Both the position numbers and the translations under genes were made by a program. A stretch of 64,000 nt of DNA. Origin: Anthoceros angustus. Its lineage: Eukaryota; Plantae; Anthocerotophyta. Of the stretch, positions 23,938 through 36,796 are shown in pieces; position 1 is the stretch's first letter; each line of letters starts with the position of its first letter. The notes beneath the pieces are model-generated. The model did no database searches. It worked only from the letters and a program-made list of their open reading frames with translations, and had not been told where the DNA came from. The DNA lies in the NCBI GenBank assembly GCA_010909165.1, contig MU008159.1:1116001-1180000 (forward strand). The letters run 5' to 3'.

Positions 23938-25554
23938 CCAACCAAATTTCTAAACTCCCACTCAAAGTCAAAGAGATGAAGAATTACTATTGAAATATGT
24001 TTTTCTTCATGAAAGAAACTCCTCAAAAATTATTGAATCTCTGAGAATAAGTCATCTCATTCCTTTATCATAGTATTTGACATCAACCTTGAACGTTGTG
24101 GGATTTTCTATCTCCTCTCCTTTATATATATATGCATAAACACATGCACTCATTCGCAATATGATACACGTGTTTCTTCTCAATGACTTCTCCAATCTTT
24201 CAACTTCCCACCTATAAGTTTGTATCCCACAAAGATAGAAAATTAGGGTAAGAAGCTCGTAAAACCATGCATTGACACTACGATCTTGGAATTTAGTCAT
24301 TTCTTCTGAAATTTGGGTTATATTTTTGAATTTAACCCAATAGATATAACACATAATGAAAAACATTGTTCAAGCCTCCCAATGAGCTCAAAATGGACAA
24401 AATATGAATTGTCGCTTCATTATCTCTTGATTGTCTTCATTTCCTATTTCTTTTTTCTAACAAAATACTAAATTTGGATCCTGTTAATTGCTAGAATGAC
24501 ATTGTCTATCATATAAGTTTCCAATTTAAAAAAACTGCATCTCTTGACTTCTTCATAACTTGATATCACCCATCACTCCCCAACAACAAACTTCTAGCAA
24601 TCTTTTACTCTTCTACACCAGTCACAATCTTGCACATCATTTTCACAACAATCCACATCTTTATTTCCTTGTCAATTCACATACCTCTCCTCTCCTCTTC
24701 TCCATTCCTTTCTCTTCTCCTCTGTTGAATTTTAGAATAGAGTCACTGTATTATCTACCAAGAAATACTGAGATAATTTAGGATGTTTGTTAAAATTATG
24801 AATTGAGTTGCATACCAATGAAGATAAGATAGTGACACAAACCGTGGCCAATATCCAAAGGAAACCCTAACTGTTTTCTTGAATTGTAACTTACATAAGA
24901 AAACCTTAGATGTCTAATGAGTTAATGAACTATGGTAATACTTTGTTCATAATATATATACATATAGGTATGTATAATTTTAAATTATATTAATGAAAAA
25001 TAGCACCATACACAAGTAATTTCCAAGTTTTATACCGCAATTGTATGTCGAGAATACAACATACTTAAGTAGAACTTGTAACCACTTGTTATGCTTAATG
25101 AGAGAGAAGAGATGGGCTCACTCCGTCTCTCCTCTCTCCATAAAAATTGTGACCACTTGGTACAATGACACAATATTGGCTGGGAGGGACATCTCAAACT
25201 CATCCAAATATAAATATACTCTATGATAGGAATGCATAAAAATGTTTCATACTATGATTCCATATATCATTGTAAAAGTTGAACTACATAAAAAGATGCC
25301 CCACAAGATTGGTTCTATCTTTTATGTGCAACTCTTATAATTATTACTCTTATGTGTAACATGCAAGGCCTATAAGATGAGGGCCTTATATGTTATATAT
25401 TTTTATTTATAAGATATATTATAATATATAAAAATAGTTATGAATATAGGAAGGTATATAAGAATGGTGGCTACGGTTATACCACCCTAAGGAATTTATT
25501 TGTAAGCGGTGGACATGGATGATAGATGGGCGTTTGTTAGAGAATCGCCGGATG

Positions 25555-27465
25555 AATGACACATCGGTTTGGGCGCTGGTGGTGACCGGCGCCAGCGCCC
25601 TGTTGCTTGTCCTGCGCAACTTCAACAACTGGTATTTCTCCGTGTGTGATCTTCCAGGCGGGATTAGAATGCCACCGGGCGACATGGGCCTGCTTTCGAT
25701 CGGCGAGATACTGGAGTTCTGGCGCACCTTCAACCACAATCCAGATGGGTTCATCCAGCGCAGAGTTCAGAAGTGGGTCCTTCTGTAAACTTCCGAGCTC
25801 CGTGAATCTGTGACTTGCGTTTTGGGCTGAATGCTTGATTGGATAATTTGCAAGTGGCATTGTCGATTTACTTGCAGGTACGGAAATGACGTAATTCTCA
25901 AGTCGCATTTGTTCGGCATCATCACCGTGTCCACGGACCTGACCAGATTCGCTCTGTGCGACGACAATATGTTTCTCCTGTCGGCTCGAGGTCATAGTCA
26001 TGAGCTCGCGCTCCTGCCAGAAGGCAAGCTTAATTGCGTGACGCTTGTTCTCACCTGTTGCATCCCGTGGTTGCCGCCTGCAGCTGATGTTTAACATTAT
26101 CGTGTCGTCGTTTATTTCTAAGCTTTGAGCCCAGCGAGAAGACCAAAATTATGATGGAGCAGATGGAGCGATACATGGCTGGAGTTCGAGCATTTCCCCT
26201 CTACATCCCCGGAACCACGCACTACAAGGCTGTACATGTGACAATCTTCCTCTCGATGTGCTCATCGATCGCCATGCATGGACATGGCTGTTTCTTGATT
26301 TTGCCTAAATTTGTTAGCACTGGAAACCAACTCGTCGGCATGCATTGGGCTTCATGTTAATTGCGGTGGTAGGGCTTTCGCAATGTGTCTGCTATTGTCG
26401 TTGATGAGATCAAGGAGCGATGGGAGAGGAAAATTCACAAGCCGGATTCTCTGCACGAGCTTATGATCGCAAAAGATGAGGATGGGCTGAATTTGACCAA
26501 CGAAGAACTGAGCGACAATATGGTTGGATTTCTGCTTGGGGGCCTCCGGTCGGTCCACATCGTCTCTAATCATGTGGCTTAAGCTCCTTCTCGCAAATCA
26601 CCCCAAAGTGAAGGACAAACTCTGGGTGAGTGAGCTTGAGCCAACGACCTTCAGAAGGTGTGCAGGTTCTGTGTGCATGTCCCCAGGCTGTAAGCTAAGT
26701 GCGTGTCCCCTAAGCTGTTCGCAACTCCAATGAAGGAGAGTATCTCGACCTCAACGACATCAACACCCGTGCCAAGTACACCTACAATGTAAGACCTGTA
26801 GAGCAAATTTTCTCAAGCCTGGGGGTTGGCTTGTGAAAGAAACAGCGTCTTAACCTACACCACAAATCAGGTCCTCGGATTGGGAAATTTATTTGCAGGT
26901 CTGGACCGAGGGCCTGAGGTGGATAACCCTTTCGCCTGTCTCATTTCGTTTTGGTACTCAAGCAAAGGTGTGCATACAGCAACCGTCTATCTGCATCGTT
27001 CTCGGGCTCTTTGCAGACACCAGAAAGCCCCAAATCTGGGCATTGCAACCCATGCTCTTGTCTGTGATGTTACCCAAAGGGTGAAAGATTCTGGCATGGT
27101 CTCGTGTATCCCATACATCTTCTACCAATTTCGAAGATCCCTCTTCGGAAGATGAAATTAAACCATCTCCGGCAGTTCCAAGAATGTTCTGATTGTATGT
27201 GAGTCACATGCTCGCTGCAGAAAGCTGAAGACCGTTCACGGCTAACGCAATTTTTGATTCCCTTTGGAGGCGGTGCCAGGAAATGTCCAGGCAAGTACAA
27301 AGAGGGATGGCTTAGATGTGTTCCTTTGCAACTTCAAATCTTTCCAACTTGCTCAACCATTGGTCTGCATGCTCTGATAAGGCTTGCTTGTGATCAATGC
27401 AGGAACATTCTTGACAAGGTTAAATAGCACCATGATTCTACACTACCTCAGCGTGGATTATGAGT
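25555..27465 (+). pseudogene. Cytochrome P450, CYP85 clan (CYP88/CYP729-like), probable pseudogene
   Basis: Membrane anchor plus MPPGDMG..IGE, YG..ILKSHLFG, I-helix ELSDNMVGFLLGG, ExxR (TEGLRW) and heme motif PFGGGARKCPG. There is a frameshift right after GGLRS (~26550). Middle and terminal coding segments appear missing or disrupted. Confidence 0.8.
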
Positions 27466-27559
27466 AAGGTCCACCTGCCCAGACGGTTATCGGCTTAGAG
27501 GATTTGGCGTCTGACGTGGTTTGACAGGCATAGGGTTGAATACCACCATGACACTGAAC

Positions 27560-28310
27560 ACAAGTTTGCGACGTGGATGTTTCTTTGGCAGCTGGAAACT
27601 CGCGGACAGTTCAGGAGAAGGTATGAGAATCAAAGCGTATCTGCCATTTGCGATGCCCCAAGACGATGGACTAATCCACATCTTCCCCGTTGAGCAGACA
27701 CCCCCCATCTCCAAAATTGTCCCATTCAGTAGTATGCTGGACCAAACGTTAACAAACACGAAAGTCTGAGAGATCGGAACGCCCCGGTTATCTCCCCGCC
27801 CTGCCTCACCGCCCGCGCCGGCTGCCCTACCCGTGACTGCTCAATCTCCCGTGACTGCCTCCACAGCGATGCTCAATGTCCTTAGCAAATATTTTTCGCG
27901 GTTCGCTGAGGAGGTTCGTTCGTTCGATTCAGGCATGTCTTCACACAAGACTGCCACTGTAGCTGATCTAATTGCAGCAAGGAATGCTGGGGATGAGCTA
28001 CAATTTGTCGGAGCGACGGTTGTGGTGGTATCAAACGACAGTGATGCCTTTGTGCTATGCGAGGGCTCTTCAAGGTGCCACAGAAAGCTGCGTAGTGGCA
28101 GGTGCGGCCGCTACGCAACTTGTACAATGCAGAGCTTGCCCGAGTCAAAGTCAGCCGACAGCTGGAAACTCGCGGACAGCCCATGGAGATCCTCGAAGGT
28201 ACATATAGGAGACCAAACAGTCCATGAAGATCCTAGAAGGTGTAGGAGACCAAAAGTATCTGCCATTTCAAGACGATATCCTATTCATTTTCCACATCTT
28301 TGCCCCGTGA
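27560..28310 (+). pseudogene. Degenerate, partly duplicated OB-fold/Zn-finger (RPA1 C-terminal-like) coding fragment
   Basis: GATVVVVSNDSDAFVLCEGSSRCHRKLRSGRCGRYATC followed by WKLADS loosely recalls the RPA70C Zn-ribbon and the following strand. CAGCTGGAAACTCGCGGACAG...GTATCTGCCATTT occurs twice (~27590, ~28159). Confidence 0.3.
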
Positions 28311-28668
28311 GAGGGAAACAGACCCATGATTTTCCAACGGGAAAAGTACATCTGAAATCGTTATCCAAGCAGATGAGAGGGGAAGGGAATAGAGGCGTAA
28401 TAGGTACCCTGCCCATGAGAGACCAAATGCCGGCCAGAGGCCACCAGTGTCTCGAAATTTTATGCGGAGGGAGCCTAGAGTTCACCAGCACTCGTGTATC
28501 TACTATATGGCAAGGTCTGGGGAAGGGAAGCACAAGAGCACGCTTACATGTGAATCCGAAGTTCCCGAGCGATAAGTGATCAACAAGCTAACTAGGAAGC
28601 AATCCATGTATTTGGTGAAACCTATGGGAGTTGTGACGGTACCGTCCAATATGGCGTCCATATGATCA

Positions 28669-29546
28669 TCACTGCGTCAGGGTCCTGGTGGTGAGGAAGA
28701 AATCGGACAGAACAGTTGGCAGAAACCACTGCAGAACCACAACGGTGGGACTGGGCGCTGCAGCCGGAGCGAGGGCCAGCCGGGTTTTCTGCTGGTTTGC
28801 AGGGTTGGTGACGGTGTCGTAGGTGGAGAGGATCCGGTACACGCCGTCCGCGCCTCCACACGAAGCGCTAACCTCTTGCAGGGAGAGCACAAACAACTGG
28901 CGGCGTGTGTTCGCGCTGCCGATGGTGGAGATGTTGGAGGCGCAGGCCACCTGCAGCAACGTGCTTCCTACCGGGCCGCTTGTCCAGCACTTGCCGGTTT
29001 CGCTATTCTTGACTTGGAACACGTCCTCTTGGAGGTCGGGTGCGAGCGATCCTTGCTCGTACAGGAAGAATTTGAAGACTTCCCGTGGATTGGAAGTCCC
29101 GTAGGTAGCCTCCCTCAAAAGCATCTGCACAGCGCGACCACGGCAACCAGGTGATGTAATAGCTTGCGTCCACGAGTCGATGCAATCGAAATTTGGAATC
29201 CCAACGCTCTGAGTTCGAGTGCTTACCGTCGGCTGGTCAGGCGCTACAACATTAGCCGGTTGCCCTGTGACGGTCACCGTGCTGCCCGCGCATTGATAGT
29301 TCAAACCGCCCGGGTACAGCACTTGGAACGTCAGCGCGCTCTTGCTGCCGGGGAGTTGGGCCTCCACCAGAATGCCTGCTGCAACAGTGATTGTGTTCAA
29401 AGGAGTGAGTGAACTGATGCCAGCCTTGGCCAAGGCTTGAGCACATCGATATCATTCCAGGAAGTGTCGTACAATTCACCAGTGCACATACCACAAGACA
29501 ACAAGCTCAGTGCGAGGCAAGCCGGGATGAGCAGGGGAAGCGCCAT
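28669..29546 (-). CDS. Secreted protein with a ricin-B (beta-trefoil) lectin-like subdomain, 2 exons
   Basis: Exon 1 (29546-29492) encodes the signal peptide MALPLLIPACLALSLLSC. A short GT-AG intron (29491-29436) joins it in frame to the 254-aa ORF. The motif FQVKNSETGKCWTSGPVGSTLLQVAC...RRQLFVL fits a ricin-B repeat. TATATAA lies upstream (~29631-29625). Confidence 0.7.
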
Positions 29547-32500
29547 TTTCAGGCTGCCCACCATCAACCAGGCCGTGGGGAATCGGGCGCGCTGTGTACT
29601 ACCAACTCCTTGGCACCAATGTCGTTATATACCTATCCAAGCTACACAGCCTGACAATGGCCTAAAAAGGTACATTTATTGTTTTCTTTGCCAGCAAAGG
29701 AAAGTAGAGAAAAGCTGCCAAAAGTAAAGCTAGAATCATGTCATGTAAAGAGGCTAGAAAAAGCAAACTACGTAGGGATGTCGGTGTATGTATGTAATTT
29801 TTTAGGGAGGTAGGTGTATGTATGTATTTGATGACCACACTCGAGGGAGGTTGCCGCGCCCAGGTAGAGACGATGTTTACCAGAGTAAATATGCCCAACC
29901 GGGCTGAGAGATTGTGAAAGGATGGTTCCCCATCCCAGAGTAAATGTGGCCAACCGGCTGAAAGAATGGTTCCCATCCGAGCATTGATTTCGCAGGTTGT
30001 TTAACTGTGGAGTTCTTACACATTCACCACATCGGTAGGATGACAATGGGGTGCATATACACCAAATGTGAGATGGATAGGTAGGGTAGAAAGATTATCA
30101 TACACACACTCTCTTATGGTTATGGGCAAGGTTGCACGCCTCTCGGACGTGTGGAGTGTGAGAGCTTGCTTTCCGGCTTGTGTTAACTGGCCACCAACAC
30201 CGCACGTCTCACCAGTCCTGGTTTCACATGTGTCAACTCTTTGCGTGGTCTAAAAAGCAAGAAGCTGCAAGCTGCCCGCAAACTGTGGAGTGGATTGGCC
30301 ATAACTCAGTGGTGTAGTCACGACTGTGCTATCTTCAATCGACAATTTTTTCTGTCTCCGAGCGTCCTGACAGGATTTTGAAGATTGCAGCAATTACTGC
30401 ATAATTCTGCAACGAAATGTCCAAAGGAAGTACCAGACAGGCTAACAAGAAATTTAACCCTCTCTGGACCAGGAGCTCCAACGCTTCAACAGCCTCGCGC
30501 ACCGCTCCATTCTCCAGAGCAAGGTGGCACCCATAGTAGACTTGAATCTGGACTGCAAGCCACCTGGCCAGCTGCTCATCCACCCACTCAGGCTTGTAGA
30601 AATTAGGGCTGCGATTTCGAGGTCCTCTGCAGGCCTGAAGTCAGGATATTGGGGGCTTAAGCTTTTGGCATCCGCTCTGTACGTAGTCCCACCACTTCCA
30701 GGGGTCCTAGGCCTCACACATCCACGTCGCTCTCACAAAGCTTCATAAAACTGGAAGCAGGCTGTGAGGATGATGGGCACTTACACCGCTCCGTCATCCC
30801 ATTATATAGGCAAGCTCCTACCTAACCCACCATCGCCATCATCTTGGAATAATGTATATCCACAAGATGCAAAAACAAAATTATTACCGTATATGTATAT
30901 GCACCACATTAGATATTAAAGTCATTAAGCATTATTCCAAATTGAAGTAGCAAGCGACACTCATGGGAGTCGAAGAAATCCTAATTCAGTTTTCTGAATC
31001 ATTAATTCAGATATCCTCTACACCCAAGTCTTTCTCTTGATACCTAGAGTAGGTACTTTTAAAAATAATATTTTATTTTACAGTAGGCGCTTAAGTTCAA
31101 GTTTTTTGGATAACGTCTCGCTGCCGGGGTGGTAGATAGGCGCGAGAGCACGCTTGTAGCATATGATTGGATGAACCCGCATGTCACGTAGTGCGCGCTA
31201 CCATATGCTTGGCAGCAAATCCACCACTCACTGTTCTGCGGAACCTCATCCACCACAGGTTTGTGCGAGTGACGAGAAATCTTCAGCGTGTCCTGGAAAT
31301 CAGATTCCACCCTGATATTTGGCGGGCTGACAAAGCTTTTCACCTTGGTGCAATGTTAGCTCAACTACCAGCGTGGCCAGCTCTCCGAATCCACGGGGAA
31401 CTTCAATTCTCAGCCCATAATTCCATTATGGACACCCTGAAGGAGGGGATAGGCGCGCCTCCAACCTACAACATGCTAACACTACGCATGATCTGCATTC
31501 AGGAATTTCAGGTCACACGGGCTCGGGCCGACGGCAAGTACAGCCAGTAGTAGCCAGTATACGCAACCTTCACGACACACGCACACTCTTCCGGCATCGC
31601 ACCAATTGACCATTGTGCACAACGTCGAGTTCGATTCCGATCAAAATGCCTGTGTCGAGCTCACGAGTCAGGGAGGTGCGCTTCCACGAGAATGCCTGCA
31701 GTGGACAGTCATCGTCAGAAAGCGAAGCACACGTACCAGCACCCAAGAGACTGAACGCGCGAGGAAAATACGAGCCGGGATATCAATGAGCATTGCGCGG
31801 GGGGAGGCCGTTTGTGTCTTTCACCGATCCTCTTGATCACCAATTCCAGACTACTTTTATTGGTACCTAGTTGCGCTGAACACTTTTATCTGCTGCAAAT
31901 ATACCAACTCACAACATAATGTTCTGCAAATATAATACGTACCATAGATTTAATTTTGTGGAGGAAAGACCTCGGCTAAAAGTCCTAGTTTTAGATTTTG
32001 TATACTCTATACAAAGAATAATAGAGGAGGCCTTCTAGTTTTGGGCTCTTGATTTGTTCCCTATCACCTCGTGTAGATGCGACTTCCCTATTTCTACATA
32101 TTTATGAAGTTTCTTCTTCGATGAAAAGATAGGCTTCGTTTTTTGGACATAAGCCATGAGCATAGCTAATCTTGGATTTAAATTAAATCTAAAATACAGT
32201 TAGTTCATAGTTCGGCTTGGTTAGCTTTACGATGAAAGGTTCTCCTAATTAGTTCATTCGGGTTACTAATTTTTATCTTTACACTTTAGGATCTAAAATT
32301 CATAAATAAGGATGTCCACCAGTTTCACGCCATATGATTGAAAATATAGAAATAGGTTAATGGAACACGTGCAATTACTCTAAAGTACTTTTCAGACATA
32401 GACCCATCAAGGAGGTCGTTTGATTAATTATAGCTAGGAGTTGAGCACACATATTTGTATTTCCAAAACCGCCCCATGACATTAACAATAGCGCAATAAT

Positions 32501-32661
32501 CATGAACATGAAGTGGAGCAATCAAATTCTTTCTTTCCAAAATGACCTTGACAATCCTAGGCTTTGAAGGCGAATCAACTTGAAGTTCCCACCGTCTTAG
32601 TGTGCAACAATGGTCTTCAGTTGGGAACATAATGGCATCTAGGCTGGTGGTGAGACTGATT

Positions 32662-32833
32662 GGAAAAGAACAGATCAAGGCTTTGCTCTATTGAGTCTTT
32701 ACTGACCGTACGCTGAGTGCGGTGGAAAAGAACAGATCAAGGCTTTGCTCTATTGAGTCTTTACTTTTCGAATTACACGACAGTGCAGTGGAAAAGAACA
32801 GCATCCAAGGCTTTGCTCTATTGAGTCTTTACT
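32662..32833. repeat. Three near-tandem copies of a ~42-bp unit (GGAAAAGAACAGATCAAGGCTTTGCTCTATTGAGTCTTTACT)
   Basis: Copies at ~32662, ~32724 and ~32790 are separated by short, partly related spacers. Confidence 0.9.
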
Positions 32834-33094
32834 TTCGACCAGAATTGCAACATAGGGTGTGTGAGCAATATGCTTGCCTGCCGCATAAATCTCTAGGTCA
32901 ATTGTTGTGCTGGCTCACTGAACTGTGATCAGTCTTGAGTGCGGGCGCCCAATTCTGTTGCTCGAGCCTCGAGGGATACTTCACATCGTCAAGGATGGGT
33001 CCAATTTTGTCACATGACGAGAAACTCATACCTCCTCCATTTGAATGTGTGAGCTAACATCGTGAAGGATGGGGAAAATTGTGTCGGCGGAGGA

Positions 33095-33218
33095 GAACCT
33101 AATACCTCGTCCGTTAGAAGAAGAAGAACCTAATACCTCGTCTGTTAGAAGAAGAAGAACCTAATACCTCGTCCGTTAGAAGAAGAAGAACCTAATACCT
33201 CGTCCGTTAGAAGAAGAA
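33095..33218. repeat. 31-bp minisatellite x4 (GAACCTAATACCTCGTCCGTTAGAAGAAGAA)
   Basis: Four near-perfect tandem copies. Confidence 0.95.
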
Positions 33219-33294
33219 GCTTATTGAATGAAGTCCACTAAGGACGGAAATTTTTCGTCATGGGACTTGGTACTTAACAAGTAGGATCCCAAGT

Positions 33295-33425
33295 AAGTAC
33301 CAACTAGGATCGATCCCAGGAAAGTACCAACTAGGATCGATCCTAGGTAAGTACCAACTAGGATCGATCCTAGGTAAGTACCAACTAGGATCGATCCCAG
33401 GTAAGTACCAACTAGGATCCCAGGA
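33295..33425. repeat. 27-bp minisatellite x4.5 with a palindromic core (AAGTACCAACTAGGATCGATCCTAGGT)
   Basis: Tandem copies start at 33295, 33322, 33349, 33376 and 33403. The core CTAGGATCGATCCTAG is a perfect 16-bp palindrome in two copies. Confidence 0.93.
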
Positions 33426-33630
33426 GAAACAGATCCCTCATCCGTTAGGATATGTGAATAGACAACCGTATACTCAAGTAATGTCAGGTGAAATATTAAA
33501 GTATCATATAATGATAATATTTTATATTTATTATAGATGGTGAATCATTTTAAAGTATTTAGGTTATTTTTTGAAATGCTTGTATTAATGAGAGGAGAGA
33601 CAGTTTCTTGATTGTTTGTGATGTAATGTT

Positions 33631-33969
33631 TGTAATATTAAAAATAAAAATAGTAATATATAAGGAGTTAGAGTATAAGATTATACCATAATTGAAGTTT
33701 GCATAAGTGAAGGATCGTGTGGCAGCACATGATGGTGGAAAGAGGAGAGGAGAGGAGGAGGCAAGTGTAACTCTCTCATATTGAGATGAGGCTTGGAGGG
33801 TATTTATACCCTCCAATAGGGCTCCCTAGGAAGCTCCACAAGAAGCCCCTAGGAAGGAGCACAAGAAGCTTCCTAGTGATTAGCTTCAGCTAAACTAATG
33901 ATAGTTAACTGACACCTAACTTAGACTAAGTGTATTAGTCTAAGTACATTGGGCTTTAATACCCTTACA
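33631..33969 (-). mobile_element. Possible solo LTR
   Basis: TGTAA...TTACA termini and an internal GGGTATAAATACCC TATA motif followed by a CT-rich tract on the minus strand. No matching target-site duplication was found. Confidence 0.4.
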
Positions 33970-34574
33970 ATAAGTTATCTTAAATATTAAAGGAAGATTA
34001 TTTTTCTAATCCCGTTATTGAAGAAGAAGAAAGATTTGAAGTACTCATATGATTCTTGTTCTTACACTAGTGTTATATTATGATTCCATAGTCTTCATAT
34101 TTGTGAGCTATATATGTTCCTTACAAAAAAGAAACGTGCACACTTTATGTAAAAAAAGAGATGAAATATCACATCTACCACGAAAAGCAGATTCCGGCTT
34201 CTTGCCTGCCTTTCGTGGCTTTCTGTGTCTGCCTATTGTAGCTCTTGTGAATCTTAGGGTAGTTTACTGCCCTATCTAATGCTTATGCTTCTCGTGTTGG
34301 ACATGTTTTGTAGTTCTTACTTACATAATTTTTATTTTTCTCTAAAAAATATATTCATATTTCTTACGTAGTTTAACACTTTCCTAGGAGAAGAATACGA
34401 GGTAGATTGAAAGCTTCTTAGTTAAGAATCTCTCTTTAGCCTACAGCCTCTCCCAACCTTGGCTGGTCGAGAAGCTAGAACATAAATACCGCACCGTAAA
34501 CACCATTCACCATTGGCTGGTCAGGAAGGGTATATACACATATCTGACTTGAAGAAAGGTAGTAAGACTTCGCG

Positions 34575-34822
34575 GTATGTGGAGCGGTGCGTGCGCAGTG
34601 TGCGATGTACGGAGCGTTGTGGTGTGCAGTGTGCGGAGCAATGCGGTACGGTGTGCGGTGTGTGGTGTGCGGTGTGCGCTGTGCGGTGTGCGCTGTGCGC
34701 TGTGCGCTGTGCGGTGTGCGTTGCGGTGTGTGGTGTGCGGATCGGTGCGGTGTGTAGTGTGCGGAGCGTTGCGGTATATGATGTGTGGTGTGCGGAGCGG
34801 TGCGGTGCGGTGTGCAGTGCCA
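34575..34822. repeat. Low-complexity (TGCGG/TGTGCGC) simple repeat tract
   Basis: About 250 bp of degenerate GTGTGCGGT/TGTGCGC units. Confidence 0.9.
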
Positions 34823-35026
34823 CTGGTCATGTCCTAGGGGTTCAAGGCTTGCTTTGTGGTGGCCTATGTGGCTCTATTGCGTTGAACATGGGGTGCTAAG
34901 GTTGATATTGCGGTGAGCATGGGGTTGAGGAGGTCGCGGTGAGGACATGATTTAGGGTTTTTGGTGCGGCAGCCGTGGTGTGGAGGAGGTCGTGGTTATT
35001 TTTATTTTTGTTGATTTTTTGAGGTT

Positions 35027-36324
35027 ATGGCTTCCAGGTCGCTAAGCGTAAAACAGTTAAATATGTAGACAACAAGGTATCAATATTGCAGACTATATTA
35101 CGTAGTATTGAGGACAAATATGAAGCTAACAGCGTATCTATATTGGAGACTAGAGTACGTAATATTGAAGCGGAGAATATTTCCTTTAAGGAAAAATATG
35201 AGTCTCTTTTGGCTAAGCACCAATCTTTGGCATCGGACTCGGAGGACGAGGGAGATGAGTTCAATTCCGTAATGGATGATCTTATCGATAAGAGATTTAA
35301 TAGTCATGATGTTATCATTAGAAAATTGCAACAAGATCTTGAATGAGCAAGCTCATGGACTAAAGATTTTGAGGCGGCTTTCTAGGTCAAGTTTGACTCA
35401 TTGCTTTTGCAAGTCAATGCCTTGCAAATTCATGTTCCTTGTGTGGGTTGCTTGTTGAAGGCAGATCTAGTACCTAGTTTGGAAGGCTACAAGAAGGTTA
35501 TTCTTGAGCTGATTCGTGCATAGAGGGAAGAAATGCAGTGTGAGTTGCTTGTGGAAGGCAGATCTGGTATCTAGTTTGGAAGGCTACAAGAAGGTTCTTC
35601 TCGAGCTTATTCATGCACAGAGGGAAGAAATGCATAGTTATATGGCCAAAAAGTTGCAGGGTTTAGACGATCAGGTTGGAAGACTCTCAGAAAGGTTGGT
35701 GCAGCAAGGGTTACAAAATGACGTTTTTTCACGAACTATAGAGGAGAAATCCATAAATTGGAAAATCATTTCACTTCAACGGAACAAGTTTTACCTATAT
35801 ATTTGGAGAAGCTTATAAGTAAAAACCTCGTGGGGGTTAATGATCCCCCTGCTCCTTCTTATCCTGATGGCAACAGAGTATCGGAAGTTGTTTCTGAGAT
35901 GGTGGGCCGTGTTCACCGTGCTTTGAACTTGAGAATTTCTGGTCTTGGTAATGACATCGTTGCACCACTTGTGGCTGCAAAGGAGTTTTTTAATAGGCTA
36001 GAGGTTGATGTGGTCATTCTTCAAGCCTTCTGCCTTGGAAAAGATCCTGGTAGGGAGTGCATATTGATTATGACTCTTCACTCTAGGGATGATTGCCTCC
36101 AGGATATGAAGACTAGGTCTATGTTAAGGACAACTCAGTTATATATCAATGAGGATCTTAGACCATTGCAATGGAAGACTAAGAAGGAGAAGTTACCCGC
36201 TTTTAGAGCTGCTCGTGCTGTAGGTCAAGTGGCTTTCTTTCGTGGGGATGAGCTGGTCGTGTTTAGCTCTCGTTCACGCATTTTCATTGACACTGTTATT
36301 TCTTTCGTGGGGATGAATTGGTAG
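35027..36324 (+). mobile_element. Degenerate non-LTR retrotransposon ORF1 (coiled coil + RRM + CTD), no ORF2
   Basis: Coiled-coil remnants (ILETRVRNIEAENISFKEKY), then RALNLRISGL ... QAFCLGKD..RECILIMTL ... LRTTQLYINEDL ... GQVAFFRGDELVV, matching the LINE ORF1p RRM/CTD pattern. It has stops, frameshifts and an internal ~95-bp duplication (~35447-35635). Confidence 0.72.
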
Positions 36325-36796
36325 TGTTTAGCCCTCGTTCACGCATTTTCATTGACACTGTTGATTGATTGAAGATTATTTATCTTATTTAAATTTTACC
36401 TTTACATTCGTCCAGACCATTTTACCGTACTATAGTTGTCATATTTCGACCATTTTACCGTACTATAGTTGTCATATTTCAGTCACATGACGAAAATCGA
36501 AAATCCATCCTTAGTGCACTTAAATATCTTCTTCTTCTTCTTTTTCTTCTTTAAGTCCTTAGTGCACTTAAATATTTCTTCTTCTTCTTCTATAAAGTGG
36601 GGCTTTATTGAAACGAAGCCTCTTTGTAAAGAAACAAGGAGAACTTGAAAAATGTTGAAAAATGTTACTGTCACGGTGAACTCAGAGGAAGAAGACCGTA
36701 TCTAACCCTATGGGTCCTTATCATTATACAAGGAGAGCCTATTTTACCCGGAAACCTTTGGACCTTAACCCCCCATCACTACAAACACGACGGGTA

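Noticed and set aside
30335-31550. Coding-like GC-richer patches, one with a weak LRR-like EVPRGFGELATL on the minus strand
   Set aside because: Interrupted by stops and too short to assign to a family. They may be pseudogene debris, but that cannot be supported without a search.
32662-32833. Repeat-spacer-repeat pattern resembling a CRISPR array
   Set aside because: Eukaryotic context, only three repeats, short spacers that are related to each other, and no cas genes.
34507-34899. Cys- or His-rich ORFs resembling metallothionein or His-rich proteins
   Set aside because: They are translations of a simple TGCGG/TGTGC repeat that is open in several frames on both strands.
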